Positions 20,063 to 29,677 of a DNA stretch of 64,000 nucleotides are shown in pieces. The DNA comes from Candidatus Cloacimonadales bacterium. Its GTDB lineage: Bacteria > Cloacimonadota > Cloacimonadia > Cloacimonadales > JAFGVF01. Where the stretch lies: the NCBI GenBank assembly GCA_963663475.2, contig CAXXJV010000001.1, positions 1,248,001-1,312,000 of the forward strand. The letters run 5' to 3'. The notes under the pieces were generated by a model. It was not told the DNA's origin. It worked only from the letters and a program-made list of their open reading frames with translations, and made no database searches. Position 1 is the first letter of the stretch; each line of letters starts with the position of its first letter. A program made the position numbers and the translations under genes.

Positions 20063-21268
20063 ATGAAAAGAATAGAAAATATTGGTGCTGTGGATTTAAG
20101 ATTTGCTGACAAAGAGACTTTGGAAAATATATCACAAATTTCAAATACTGGAATAGTAATTTACTCGCAAAGAGTAAAGAACTTAATGTCAAACATTGCT
20201 ATTTCCAATACAGGCATGGTAGAAGAAGTTCCTGAAGACTATAAGTTGGAAGTAGGTAACCTGGATATTAATAAAGCAATGCTTGAGGCTATGGAAAGTC
20301 CTTTAAAAAGTGTTATCTTAGGTGTGATAACAATTGATCATGATGTTACTGCTGAATTAGTTCAAAATAAGATTGAAGGCATTTTTAATATTGGCGTTAT
20401 TAATGCTCCTAAAGATCTTGTGGGATTAGTTAAAAACAAGGTAGTCAAAAATATAGGGGTAATAAGAGAAACTTCCAAAGATAGACTTTCTATCCAAGGG
20501 AGCAAAGAGCTTACCAATAACTATTTGAAGAGCCTCAAGGATGATATTAATTTGGAAGTTATGGGAAGCCTCTCAATGTTAGAAGATATTGACCTAGATT
20601 TGTTCTCTCAGAAAGTAAAAGCAATTTCCCTTATGGGGTCTGCAACAGTTCGTGAGAAATATCAAACAGTTTTTGAGAGCATTGCTAAAGTTCAAGGCTC
20701 TTTGAAAATTGTTCCAGATAATTGCAAGATTCTTAGATCACTAACCCAACTTGATTCAATCCAAGTTAGAAGAATGGGCAAAGAAAATATCTATTCTCAT
20801 GGTTCAATAATCTTCAAAGAAGATGTGACTCCTGCTGACCTAGAGCAAGGAATGGGTAAAATCCTTAAGTGTAAAAGAATTTTAGCTCATGAGAAGTTAG
20901 TGGATAGTCTTATTGAAATTATTGATTCAGATATTCCTATTACCTCTTATGCTGGTAAGCTGGTAATAAATAGTGGAGAAAAGACCTTCACCCAACTAGA
21001 ACTGCAATATGCTAAAGAAGCTTACTTTATAATTAATAAGGGAGTGCTTAACTTTGAAGACAAAATTGATCCTGATTTATTCTATGAAAAAATCGATATT
21101 CTAGAAAATTATGGTCAAATCTTAGCACCTGAATCACTATATGGTCTAGTAGAACTTAAAACTAGTCTTAATAAAGGTGAACTAATTAATACCTCTAAAA
21201 AGACAGAAAAGGCTGAAAAAGAAAAAGATACTGATACTATCTCTAATATGGGTATGTTGAAGTTGTAA
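20063..21268 (+). CDS. Hypothetical protein with internal N/M/Q-x-G-hydrophobic repeats (possible beta-solenoid)
   Basis: 401-aa ORF with AGGAG RBS; repeated NTGIV/NIGVI/MGSL/NKGV motifs. Confidence 0.8.
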   Translation: MKRIENIGAVDLRFADKETLENISQISNTGIVIYSQRVKNLMSNIAISNTGMVEEVPEDYKLEVGNLDINKAMLEAMESPLKSVILGVITIDHDVTAELVQNKIEGIFNIGVINAPKDLVGLVKNKVVKNIGVIRETSKDRLSIQGSKELTNNYLKSLKDDINLEVMGSLSMLEDIDLDLFSQKVKAISLMGSATVREKYQTVFESIAKVQGSLKIVPDNCKILRSLTQLDSIQVRRMGKENIYSHGSIIFKEDVTPADLEQGMGKILKCKRILAHEKLVDSLIEIIDSDIPITSYAGKLVINSGEKTFTQLELQYAKEAYFIINKGVLNFEDKIDPDLFYEKIDILENYGQILAPESLYGLVELKTSLNKGELINTSKKTEKAEKEKDTDTISNMGMLKL

Positions 21269-21284
21269 AAGATGAATAATAAGA

Positions 21285-21322
21285 TGCCTTTGCTAGTTTT
21301 TTTGAGCTAGTGAAGGCTTTTT
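21285..21322. terminator. Hairpin between convergent genes
   Basis: GCCTTTGCTAG...CTAGTGAAGGC followed by a T run. Confidence 0.6.
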
Positions 21323-22272
21323 TAACTATCAAAAATGCCTTCTGTGTCTTGAACAACTTTGATTTTCTTCTGTTTAACTAAATCTTTAAAAACCTGCATT
21401 TCAACATTTGTTTTACCTCTCTTATTCAATTTCTGAGCCTTTTTTAATTCGTCAGGAATCTCATTAACAGAATGTGATACCACATACTTAGGAAGGATAG
21501 GGAACTCTAATATTTTGATTCGCTTGCCTTCAACTATTTGGAACTTAATAATAAAAACCCTCAGTTCATCAGCAAAATTTCGATAAATAATAAGGAATCT
21601 ATAATCGTATTCTGATAAAAAATCAACTGTTATCTTTCTGATAGTTTTTATTTCTATATCCTTAATACAATCATTAATAATACAATCAGATAAAGATTCG
21701 GAAAATTCTGTTAAAGTATTTTCATTTAGAGCTTTTACAAATTTACCTAGAAAATAATAAATACTATTATGAAGCTTTGTTCCAGAAATTGAACTGGTAA
21801 AAACATGGTCTTTCATCTTTTTGAACAATATGATTTCTTGAGTTAATCTGTATATCTTAGCTTGGATTCTTTTCTTTTTGACCTTGTATGCTTTCGCCAA
21901 GTCACTAATCTTAAAATGTTCATTATAATACTTGTGGAGTAATTCTTGATCTGTCTTTTTGATAAAGTCATAAGAAAAGAAATCAAGATTATTTACCTGG
22001 TCTTCACTTTCATCTAGTTTCATGCTTTCTAAATGATCAGGTTCAAAGATTACTTCCTTATTCTTCTGAGATATTTTATATTTAGTAAAACAGAAATTTT
22101 TAGTTACTGTATATAACCAGTTATCCAGTTTCTCGGGATCAATCTTGTCTCTGTTTACAAACAACTGAATCGCTGAAAGCTGAGCAATATCCTGAGCTGT
22201 ATCATGATTATTTATGTATTTAACAGCTACTCTATAAGCATACTTCAATACTTGGTCATAATTAAAATCCAT
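21322..22272 (-). CDS. ECF-like sigma factor with long C-terminal extension
   Basis: AQDIAQLSAIQ...NWLYTVTKN region 2, degenerate region 4, then about 160 extra aa. Confidence 0.8.
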   Translation of the reverse strand: MDFNYDQVLKYAYRVAVKYINNHDTAQDIAQLSAIQLFVNRDKIDPEKLDNWLYTVTKNFCFTKYKISQKNKEVIFEPDHLESMKLDESEDQVNNLDFFSYDFIKKTDQELLHKYYNEHFKISDLAKAYKVKKKRIQAKIYRLTQEIILFKKMKDHVFTSSISGTKLHNSIYYFLGKFVKALNENTLTEFSESLSDCIINDCIKDIEIKTIRKITVDFLSEYDYRFLIIYRNFADELRVFIIKFQIVEGKRIKILEFPILPKYVVSHSVNEIPDELKKAQKLNKRGKTNVEMQVFKDLVKQKKIKVVQDTEGIFDS

Positions 22273-22380
22273 TTAACTGTACCTCTGTAATTCTATGCAT
22301 CTCCTACAGATACAAGATTTTCAACGAAAATATCATCCTTTTTTACTCTAATATATATATAATCTATTTAGGAGCTCTTT

Positions 22381-22584
22381 ATGAAAAGAATGATGTTAAT
22401 TCTTACTATTATCATTTTTTGTAGTGCTGTATTTTCAAGTCAAGTGGATTTTTCGCAATATCGACAAATATACGTTTATGAACTTGAAGGTATTGATTAC
22501 CAGGTGGTTTTGAGAGATGAAAATAATGAGCCTATTCTCGTAATTATCGATGGTGAAATTCTTTATGTAGAATATTTGCAATAG
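22381..22584 (+). CDS. Small secreted protein (67 aa)
   Basis: GGAG RBS; signal peptide MKRMMLILTIIIFCSAVFS. Confidence 0.7.
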   Translation: MKRMMLILTIIIFCSAVFSSQVDFSQYRQIYVYELEGIDYQVVLRDENNEPILVIIDGEILYVEYLQ

Positions 22585-22746
22585 TCAAGAATAGATGCCT
22601 TAATGCTACAATTTTGCATATAAGTTGATAATTAAATATAGTAGTGTATAAAATGAAATGAGTGTGAACTATGGTTAGATTTTATCTCATGTATAAACAA
22701 ATCAATAATAAGTACATGAAGAATACTTTAAAAAAAAGGAGGAAAA

Positions 22747-25700
22747 ATGACCAGAAAATTATTTGTAATTATTTTAGTTGTATTAAGTTGTAGTTTGTTC
22801 TCTGCAAATAGAACATTTTCTATTAGTGAAGATTTGCTAGATGATATGAGGAATTCTGGAGATATTGTTTTTAGAAAAGCTGTAGGAATCAATTCAAATC
22901 CCTTGCCCCTCAATCTAGTTGAATCTATAACAGATTATGACAGATCAGTAGTTGGGAGTTATTACTCTAATTTACAAGCTTATGCTTTAGAAACTTATAA
23001 AGCTTTTTTTAATTATGAAAATGGTGAGTATATAACAGATGTTGATAAGTTAGAAGAAGTTGTTAACCATCTGGCTTACGGTATCAATTTTACAGGAGAG
23101 CTAGGAGCGGATTATCCTAGTCTTCATAAGCTTGTGACCTTAGATGATGCTTCTGGTACTATAAGATGGCCAATAGATATTGAAACAATTTTTACTACTG
23201 ATTTAAATGGTGCTAATGACTACGACTTTTTCACAATCGATTCTGGTTATAATGAGAGAAACATCTTACAATACACCTTAGGTTACATTGCATTCATTTA
23301 TGATATGGTCTATTATCAAATTGATGAAATGCCTAATTCTATAGTAATAAGAGAAACAATCGAGGCAAAAATTGATAATATCTCTACTCTTTTATACACC
23401 AAAATGAGTAATTATGGTCCAACTTCAACCTGGGATCTGGAATTTCAACCATTGTGGTATTCTTATGGTGATGGACAAAGGCAGGATTTAGGATTTATTA
23501 CTTTGAACTCCTTAGGTTATTTAAGGTTAGTTATTGGAGAAGAGCCTGATGAAGGGATTTTGAGTTGGGTATTAAACAAAATTGATTCTACTTATCCTGT
23601 TGAACCAAGTTTTTATGATGGTTTTAGTACAATTGTGGGTGATAAAACTGATATGCTTAGTTATCTAACTGATAATGCTGGCTTTTTCTCTTCTGGTATT
23701 GACTACTCATCTCAAACACTAAAAGGGTCTCCTGAAATTTTCTTTTCTGCTCTCAAAAGATCCTACGGTAATAGTTTCAATATCTGGGATAGCCCTAAAA
23801 TGTCTTCTTGGATAGAAGAAATAATCATAAATCTTGGCCCTAACAGAACTATTATTCCATGGTCAGAGGCTTGGACAATACCCCTTAGTACACGCCTTCC
23901 CGGCGGAATGTACTCTTATTACCATAATAATACCAATAATTCTGAAGTTAGGAACAAAGTCAAATGGTTTGTTAATGAGTATTTTTCTTACACAAATATT
24001 TGGCCTGATAATTCTCTCTTCAGTACTTTTTTACCTTTTGGTATATGTTATGAACCTGGAGTTCCATCATTGAATGGTCAATTAGCTCTACCAATTCACA
24101 TTGATAATGGTTATCATACAGATTCTGATTTTACTCTGATTGGCAACGAAGCATCTTCAGGAAGTTACTTCGATAGTGCTTTTCTTGCTGTAAATCATAA
24201 TAATAGTTTTTATATGGAGAGATCACATTATCAGAATGAAAAAGGTAATTATCTTTTCTGGTATGATAATGATTATTTCATTATCGACTGTGGTTACCAA
24301 TTAAGAACTAAATGGGGTGCATATGAAACTACTGAAACTGATAGCACAGTAACTCATGATGGTAAGAATTTTAATAATCGGTGTGCATGGAACAGATCAA
24401 GATACGCTATGAATACAGTTCTGGTCAATCCAGAAATTCAAGATGAACAACTATATTTTGAGGAATTCTGGAAATTCGAGGAAAACAACCTACCGTACCC
24501 TGTATTTAATAACAATATTCAGACTTTTGATAGTAAATTTAGTATGAGACCGTCAAGTCTCTCTTTTTGGGATGATTATAATAATTCAAATACAGTAACA
24601 GATCCTATAGAAAAATCTTTCTTTTTGGATTATAACACATATAAACATCTTCAAACAGTCAATACTTTCGGTACACTTGATACTTCAACTAGTCCTAATT
24701 CTTTTACGGAAGATGGTCGCTATACTTATACTAGAGATTTCTATAAACACGATAATGGGACAGTGGTTATTCTTGATAATATTAAAGATAATTACCGAAC
24801 TAGCATGAATAACTACCGAAATCAGTTCCATATTAATAGATCAGTGAGTGTAGATTATTATGATGATCTGTTTTCTTTATCAAGGGGAGATAATATTATA
24901 CATGGTGCTTTTAGTGGTTTATCATCGACAATCGATTATAAATTTGATTATGAAGGCTCAACTGAATTTCCTCATGGAGTACTAACTACAACAGATTACC
25001 CTACCACTACCTCACCGTCAGGTTACTCACATGAAAGAATAAGGCTCGAAAGTTCAGATGTATATGACGAAACTTATCTTACAGTTTTGTATCCTGAAGA
25101 GAATTCAAATATTGTTAATACAACTTCCGACAAATCTAGTAGTTATTATACCTACAAAATTGAAAAATCATCAAATGGCATTGATTATCATTCTATCACT
25201 GATAAAAGTTGGCAAAATGTATGGAGTTCTGCTGAAGTTAGAATATCAACAGATGCTTCATATTCTTTAGTAAGTTATACAGACTACAATCATTCAGAAT
25301 TAGATGAAATGATTATTAAGGAAGGAGATAAATTATCTATTAATAATATTATACTTTTTGAAAGTCATGACTCAAATGATTTTGAAGAGGTCAGTGTTAA
25401 ATTTAAGACTGATAATCTCATCTCAATAATGGTTAAAACGGATGAAATATGTAATAACCCAAAACTTAAGATTCTTAGAACTATGAATAATGAAGAATAT
25501 ACTTGTTTGGATGTAACTAATAAATACGGAACAGGCCACGAAGACATTAATGGTACTAATACAAACACACTATCTGCAATCTATTATGATGATAATTATT
25601 TCTATGTGAATTATGATACATCCGAGCTTCCATCAAACGCATTAAGAGTTTTAAGAAATGAAACGATTACGCTAACTGAGGGAAATATTTCATTAACTAA

Positions 25701-27726
25701 TCAGTTATGCTGGAACAATGTAACGATTAATGTCCCGGCAAATAGAACTTTATTTATAAATGGTTTTATATTTGATAAAAGATGTAGTAATGTTTCAATA
25801 AATATAGAAGGCACAATAAATTTGAGTAGTGAAATTGATTTTGGTACATCCTGTGCTTCTATTTATATAACTAACAATGGAATATGTAACATTGAAAATG
25901 CAACAATTAAAAAAGGAGAAGAATTCTCTATATTTTTCTGTGGTGATAACTTATCTGTAATTAACTCAGTGTTTAGTAATATGAGAAGAGCATTATTTAT
26001 AAATTCTAATGCCAATATAGTGACTATACAGGGTAATGAATTCAATGATTGTCCCAGAGCTATTGAAAGTATGGAGGGAGCAATTTTTGATATTCACAAC
26101 AATACATTTAATCAATGTTCGATTGGTATTGATGTTCGCACCGGATATAATAATAATAATTTAGATTATTCAGTTTCAGATAATGACTTTCTGAACTGTT
26201 CAACTGGAATTAAATTTTCAGGGAATGGTACCATAAATCAAGAGATAAATAATTGCACTTTTTATACATTAGATGCAGGGATAAAAATAGATGAAACCAA
26301 GCTAACAATTAGCAACTGTGAGTTTGAATCATACCGTAATTCTTTAGATAACGGGCAGAATATTGGTATTGATATTTACAAGGGTCGTTCTTCTTATAAT
26401 GATGATACCCGACCTAATTATGATATAAAATCTTGCGTTTTTATAAATAATCTGGTAGGAATTAGATTGAATGAATCTACCAGTAGAATTAAAGATTGTA
26501 TTTTTACAGAAACAAACAACAGAGGTATACTTCTTACTAATAATTCTAATGCTTGGCTAGAATTAGATGCAAATAATGTCTTTAAGAACGCGGAGGCACA
26601 TCTAGCATTTTTATTATCATCAAGTATTAATAATGATGCTTATCTTAAGTATGGACATAATGATTTTTATGACACTGCAATAAATGATATCAATTTTCAA
26701 GTTGATAATTCATCAACATTACTGACTGGCTCATTAGATTTGAATGGTAATTGGTGGGGCTCAGATTTCGGATTTGTACCGGAAGGGGCTGTATGGAATG
26801 ATTATATAGAGATATCAAACTTACAGTGGATAGATATAATTGCAGATTATTATAGAATGGATGTCAATCCGAATAATCCATTTTTTGCTAACCCTGATAA
26901 CAGATTTGATATTGCTTTTAATTGTTTAAATGATAATAGCTATACACAAGCATTAGGGTATTTTAGAGCAATAATTGAAGATCTAAATGAAAATGAAGAA
27001 AATAATTGGACTAAGAGTCTTACGATGATTTATGATTTATCGCAATCCCTAAACAGCGATAGCAATGAGTTAAAACTTTTCTATATCAGTTTCAGGGATA
27101 ATCTTCCTGATTTTCTATCACCTGAACAGCAAGATCATTATACCTATATAGTAAATAATATCTTAAAGAATCTTAGCATTGATATAAAAAACTATTCTGA
27201 AGCTGAACAGATTTTACTGGATAGAATTAATTATCCGATTTCAGAATCAGATGCAATTTTTGCTCAAATGGAATTAGAATACTTGTACTTTATCATCGAT
27301 CAGGGTGGAGAAAAAGGATACGATATGAAATTATCTAAACTAATGCCTGAAAGTATGCTTGAATTAGAAGAGATGCATAGGAATCATTGGACTGATATCT
27401 ATCAAATATTTGGTATGGAGGATTCTGAAACAAATAATGTTGTCCCTCAAACATTACAACTTCATCAAAATTATCCTAACCCATTCAATCCGGAAACAAC
27501 AATTAGCTTTGATATAGCAGATGAGTCGGTTGTGAAGTTACAGATTTACAACATCAAAGGACAGCGTGTTAAGACACTTGTGAATAATAAGTTAAGTCCA
27601 GGAATTCATTCAGTAGTTTGGAACGGAACAAACGAAAATTATAAAAGAGTATCTTCAGGAATCTATTTCTATAGAATTTCAACAGGTAAGGAGAATTTAA
27701 TTAATAAAATGATTCTCATGAAATAG
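22747..27726 (+). CDS. Large secreted protein: heparinase II/III-like region, right-handed beta-helix, FlgD-Ig/T9SS-like C-terminal domain
   Basis: Signal peptide; SHYQNEKGNYLFWYDNDYFIIDCGY resembles the heparinase-type H-x-H-x-D...D-x-G motif; N/C-x-F...GI repeats; NYPNPFNPETT...KMILMK. Confidence 0.75.
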   Translation: MTRKLFVIILVVLSCSLFSANRTFSISEDLLDDMRNSGDIVFRKAVGINSNPLPLNLVESITDYDRSVVGSYYSNLQAYALETYKAFFNYENGEYITDVDKLEEVVNHLAYGINFTGELGADYPSLHKLVTLDDASGTIRWPIDIETIFTTDLNGANDYDFFTIDSGYNERNILQYTLGYIAFIYDMVYYQIDEMPNSIVIRETIEAKIDNISTLLYTKMSNYGPTSTWDLEFQPLWYSYGDGQRQDLGFITLNSLGYLRLVIGEEPDEGILSWVLNKIDSTYPVEPSFYDGFSTIVGDKTDMLSYLTDNAGFFSSGIDYSSQTLKGSPEIFFSALKRSYGNSFNIWDSPKMSSWIEEIIINLGPNRTIIPWSEAWTIPLSTRLPGGMYSYYHNNTNNSEVRNKVKWFVNEYFSYTNIWPDNSLFSTFLPFGICYEPGVPSLNGQLALPIHIDNGYHTDSDFTLIGNEASSGSYFDSAFLAVNHNNSFYMERSHYQNEKGNYLFWYDNDYFIIDCGYQLRTKWGAYETTETDSTVTHDGKNFNNRCAWNRSRYAMNTVLVNPEIQDEQLYFEEFWKFEENNLPYPVFNNNIQTFDSKFSMRPSSLSFWDDYNNSNTVTDPIEKSFFLDYNTYKHLQTVNTFGTLDTSTSPNSFTEDGRYTYTRDFYKHDNGTVVILDNIKDNYRTSMNNYRNQFHINRSVSVDYYDDLFSLSRGDNIIHGAFSGLSSTIDYKFDYEGSTEFPHGVLTTTDYPTTTSPSGYSHERIRLESSDVYDETYLTVLYPEENSNIVNTTSDKSSSYYTYKIEKSSNGIDYHSITDKSWQNVWSSAEVRISTDASYSLVSYTDYNHSELDEMIIKEGDKLSINNIILFESHDSNDFEEVSVKFKTDNLISIMVKTDEICNNPKLKILRTMNNEEYTCLDVTNKYGTGHEDINGTNTNTLSAIYYDDNYFYVNYDTSELPSNALRVLRNETITLTEGNISLTNQLCWNNVTINVPANRTLFINGFIFDKRCSNVSINIEGTINLSSEIDFGTSCASIYITNNGICNIENATIKKGEEFSIFFCGDNLSVINSVFSNMRRALFINSNANIVTIQGNEFNDCPRAIESMEGAIFDIHNNTFNQCSIGIDVRTGYNNNNLDYSVSDNDFLNCSTGIKFSGNGTINQEINNCTFYTLDAGIKIDETKLTISNCEFESYRNSLDNGQNIGIDIYKGRSSYNDDTRPNYDIKSCVFINNLVGIRLNESTSRIKDCIFTETNNRGILLTNNSNAWLELDANNVFKNAEAHLAFLLSSSINNDAYLKYGHNDFYDTAINDINFQVDNSSTLLTGSLDLNGNWWGSDFGFVPEGAVWNDYIEISNLQWIDIIADYYRMDVNPNNPFFANPDNRFDIAFNCLNDNSYTQALGYFRAIIEDLNENEENNWTKSLTMIYDLSQSLNSDSNELKLFYISFRDNLPDFLSPEQQDHYTYIVNNILKNLSIDIKNYSEAEQILLDRINYPISESDAIFAQMELEYLYFIIDQGGEKGYDMKLSKLMPESMLELEEMHRNHWTDIYQIFGMEDSETNNVVPQTLQLHQNYPNPFNPETTISFDIADESVVKLQIYNIKGQRVKTLVNNKLSPGIHSVVWNGTNENYKRVSSGIYFYRISTGKENLINKMILMK

Positions 27727-27750
27727 GAAACATGGATTAATGTAATATGG

Positions 27751-27776
27751 TACAGAGGGAGAATTCTCTCTCTGTA
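27751..27776 (+). terminator. Stem-loop after the sorting-domain gene
   Basis: TACAGAGGGAGA-ATT-CTCTCTCTGTA. Confidence 0.55.
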
Positions 27777-27826
27777 TTGAACTTAAACTTAAAGATATTG
27801 AGTGTAATATAGAAAAGGGAGTAAAA

Positions 27827-29602
27827 ATGAAGTTATTATTTGTGACTGTGCTATGTGTTTGTAGTGTTATTTTATGTGGTCAGGGGCTACAAGCTCCTGG
27901 TTTAGGGACAGAAGATGACCCGTATTTAATAAGCGAATTTGCTCATTTACTTTGGTTATCTGAGACTGAAGAGGTTTGGGATAGCTATTTTCTTCAAACT
28001 GCTGATATTGATGCTTCTGAGTCTATTAACTTAAATGATGGCTCTGGTTGGAATCCTATAGGGCATCCGTATTATGATGAGGAATCAGGATGGATAACTC
28101 CTTTTTTTTCTGGGGAGTATGATGGGGACAATAATGAAATTTGCAATCTTTATATTAATCACGATTATGGGGAATATATGGGGGTTTTTTGGCGGATAAA
28201 AGGTGGTAGCATCAGAGATCTATCTTTATTGAATTTTAATTTTACTGGAGGAGGTGGAGGACTACTATCAGCGAGTATTAGTTCGAATAGTTCTATCAAC
28301 AATGTTTCCGTTTCAGGAGAAATTACGAGTTATGGACCATGTGGGGGATTAGCATCTTATGTTCAAGATTCTATTATAGAATATTGTTCTTCAGAAGCAG
28401 TAATCAATTTAGTGGAAACAACATCTGATATTCAAAGAACTGGAGGTTTTATAGGAAGAGTTGCAGGTGGACTTATTCAAAACTGTGATAGTCGTTTAGA
28501 ATTGTCTAGCGTGAATGATGCTAGCTTTGTCGGTGGATTTATAGGTATGAACGATGGAGAGATTTTTCTTTGCCAAAGTGAATCATATATTGTGCTAAAT
28601 GGAGGTTCTTATATTGGAGGCTTTGTAGGAAGTAATGGTTATGATATTGTAGATTGTCACTCCTTTACAGAGATAGAATCATTAAATAATGAAACGCTAG
28701 AGTATGTTGGGGGATTTGCAGGGAGTATGAGAGGTAGTGATGCTGATAATCCAGATCCTCAATTCCCTGAAATAGCTGGTTGTAGTGCCAAAGGGTTTAT
28801 AACTGGCTCAGATTGTACTGGGGGGTTTATAGGTTCTGCACTGTTTTGTTTTATTTCTAATAGCTACACTATGGTTGATATCAATGCCCAGGAGAACAAT
28901 AATCCAATGATTAATCTTTTTGCCGGTGATTTTTATGTTCAACTTAATGGAGGTATTAATAGATCATATACAGCTAACCGAATTATAGGTTCAGATAGGG
29001 ATGCAGGTTTTACAATTCCTTTTGGGGGAGAATTCTGGGTAGGATATGATAATTATGTAGATTATGAAGTGGCAGAGATTAGTCCTGAAGTTTTAATTCA
29101 TGCTGATGGTATGACCACTGCTCAAATGAAAGATGTCGCAACTTATACTCAAGTTTATGACTATCTTCCCTGGGATTTCGTTGGAGATCCCTATGCTGAT
29201 GTTGCAAATTGGGATGTCTGGGATATTAACCCTGAAATTAATGACGGTTATCCTTACTTAACTTATAATATTATTGCAACTGATAATGAAGATTTAGAAG
29301 ATAGCATAGAACTTAATACAGTTTCTGAAGTTACTATACATTCATTATATCCTAATCCTTTTAATCCAACAACTACGATTTCATATAATCTTAAGCAAGC
29401 TGGTATTGTAGATGTCGAAATTTATAATATTAAAGGGCAAAAAGTCTATACAAAAGACTTAGCTCAGCAATCAGCCGGTTCTCATAATTTTACTTGGGAT
29501 GGAGTAAATAATCGAAATAGTAGAGTTGCTTCAGGCTTATATTTATTTAGAATTAAGACAGATAAAGGTGTTAGTAACACAAAAGGCATTCTCATGAAAT
29601 AG
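27827..29602 (+). CDS. Secreted GLUG-motif protein with sorting domain
   Basis: GTEDDPYLIS, GGFIG/GGFVG repeats, INDGYPYL, YPNPFNPTTT...ILMK. Confidence 0.85.
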   Translation: MKLLFVTVLCVCSVILCGQGLQAPGLGTEDDPYLISEFAHLLWLSETEEVWDSYFLQTADIDASESINLNDGSGWNPIGHPYYDEESGWITPFFSGEYDGDNNEICNLYINHDYGEYMGVFWRIKGGSIRDLSLLNFNFTGGGGGLLSASISSNSSINNVSVSGEITSYGPCGGLASYVQDSIIEYCSSEAVINLVETTSDIQRTGGFIGRVAGGLIQNCDSRLELSSVNDASFVGGFIGMNDGEIFLCQSESYIVLNGGSYIGGFVGSNGYDIVDCHSFTEIESLNNETLEYVGGFAGSMRGSDADNPDPQFPEIAGCSAKGFITGSDCTGGFIGSALFCFISNSYTMVDINAQENNNPMINLFAGDFYVQLNGGINRSYTANRIIGSDRDAGFTIPFGGEFWVGYDNYVDYEVAEISPEVLIHADGMTTAQMKDVATYTQVYDYLPWDFVGDPYADVANWDVWDINPEINDGYPYLTYNIIATDNEDLEDSIELNTVSEVTIHSLYPNPFNPTTTISYNLKQAGIVDVEIYNIKGQKVYTKDLAQQSAGSHNFTWDGVNNRNSRVASGLYLFRIKTDKGVSNTKGILMK

Positions 29603-29620
29603 AAATTTCCTTTACAAATA

Positions 29621-29649
29621 ACTCTCCTTCTTAATTTAAGAAGGAGAGT
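29621..29649. terminator. Stem-loop
   Basis: ACTCTCCTTCTTAA-T-TTAAGAAGGAGAGT. Confidence 0.6.
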
Positions 29650-29677
29650 CTTAATATTTTAAAAAAGAGGTAGGCAG

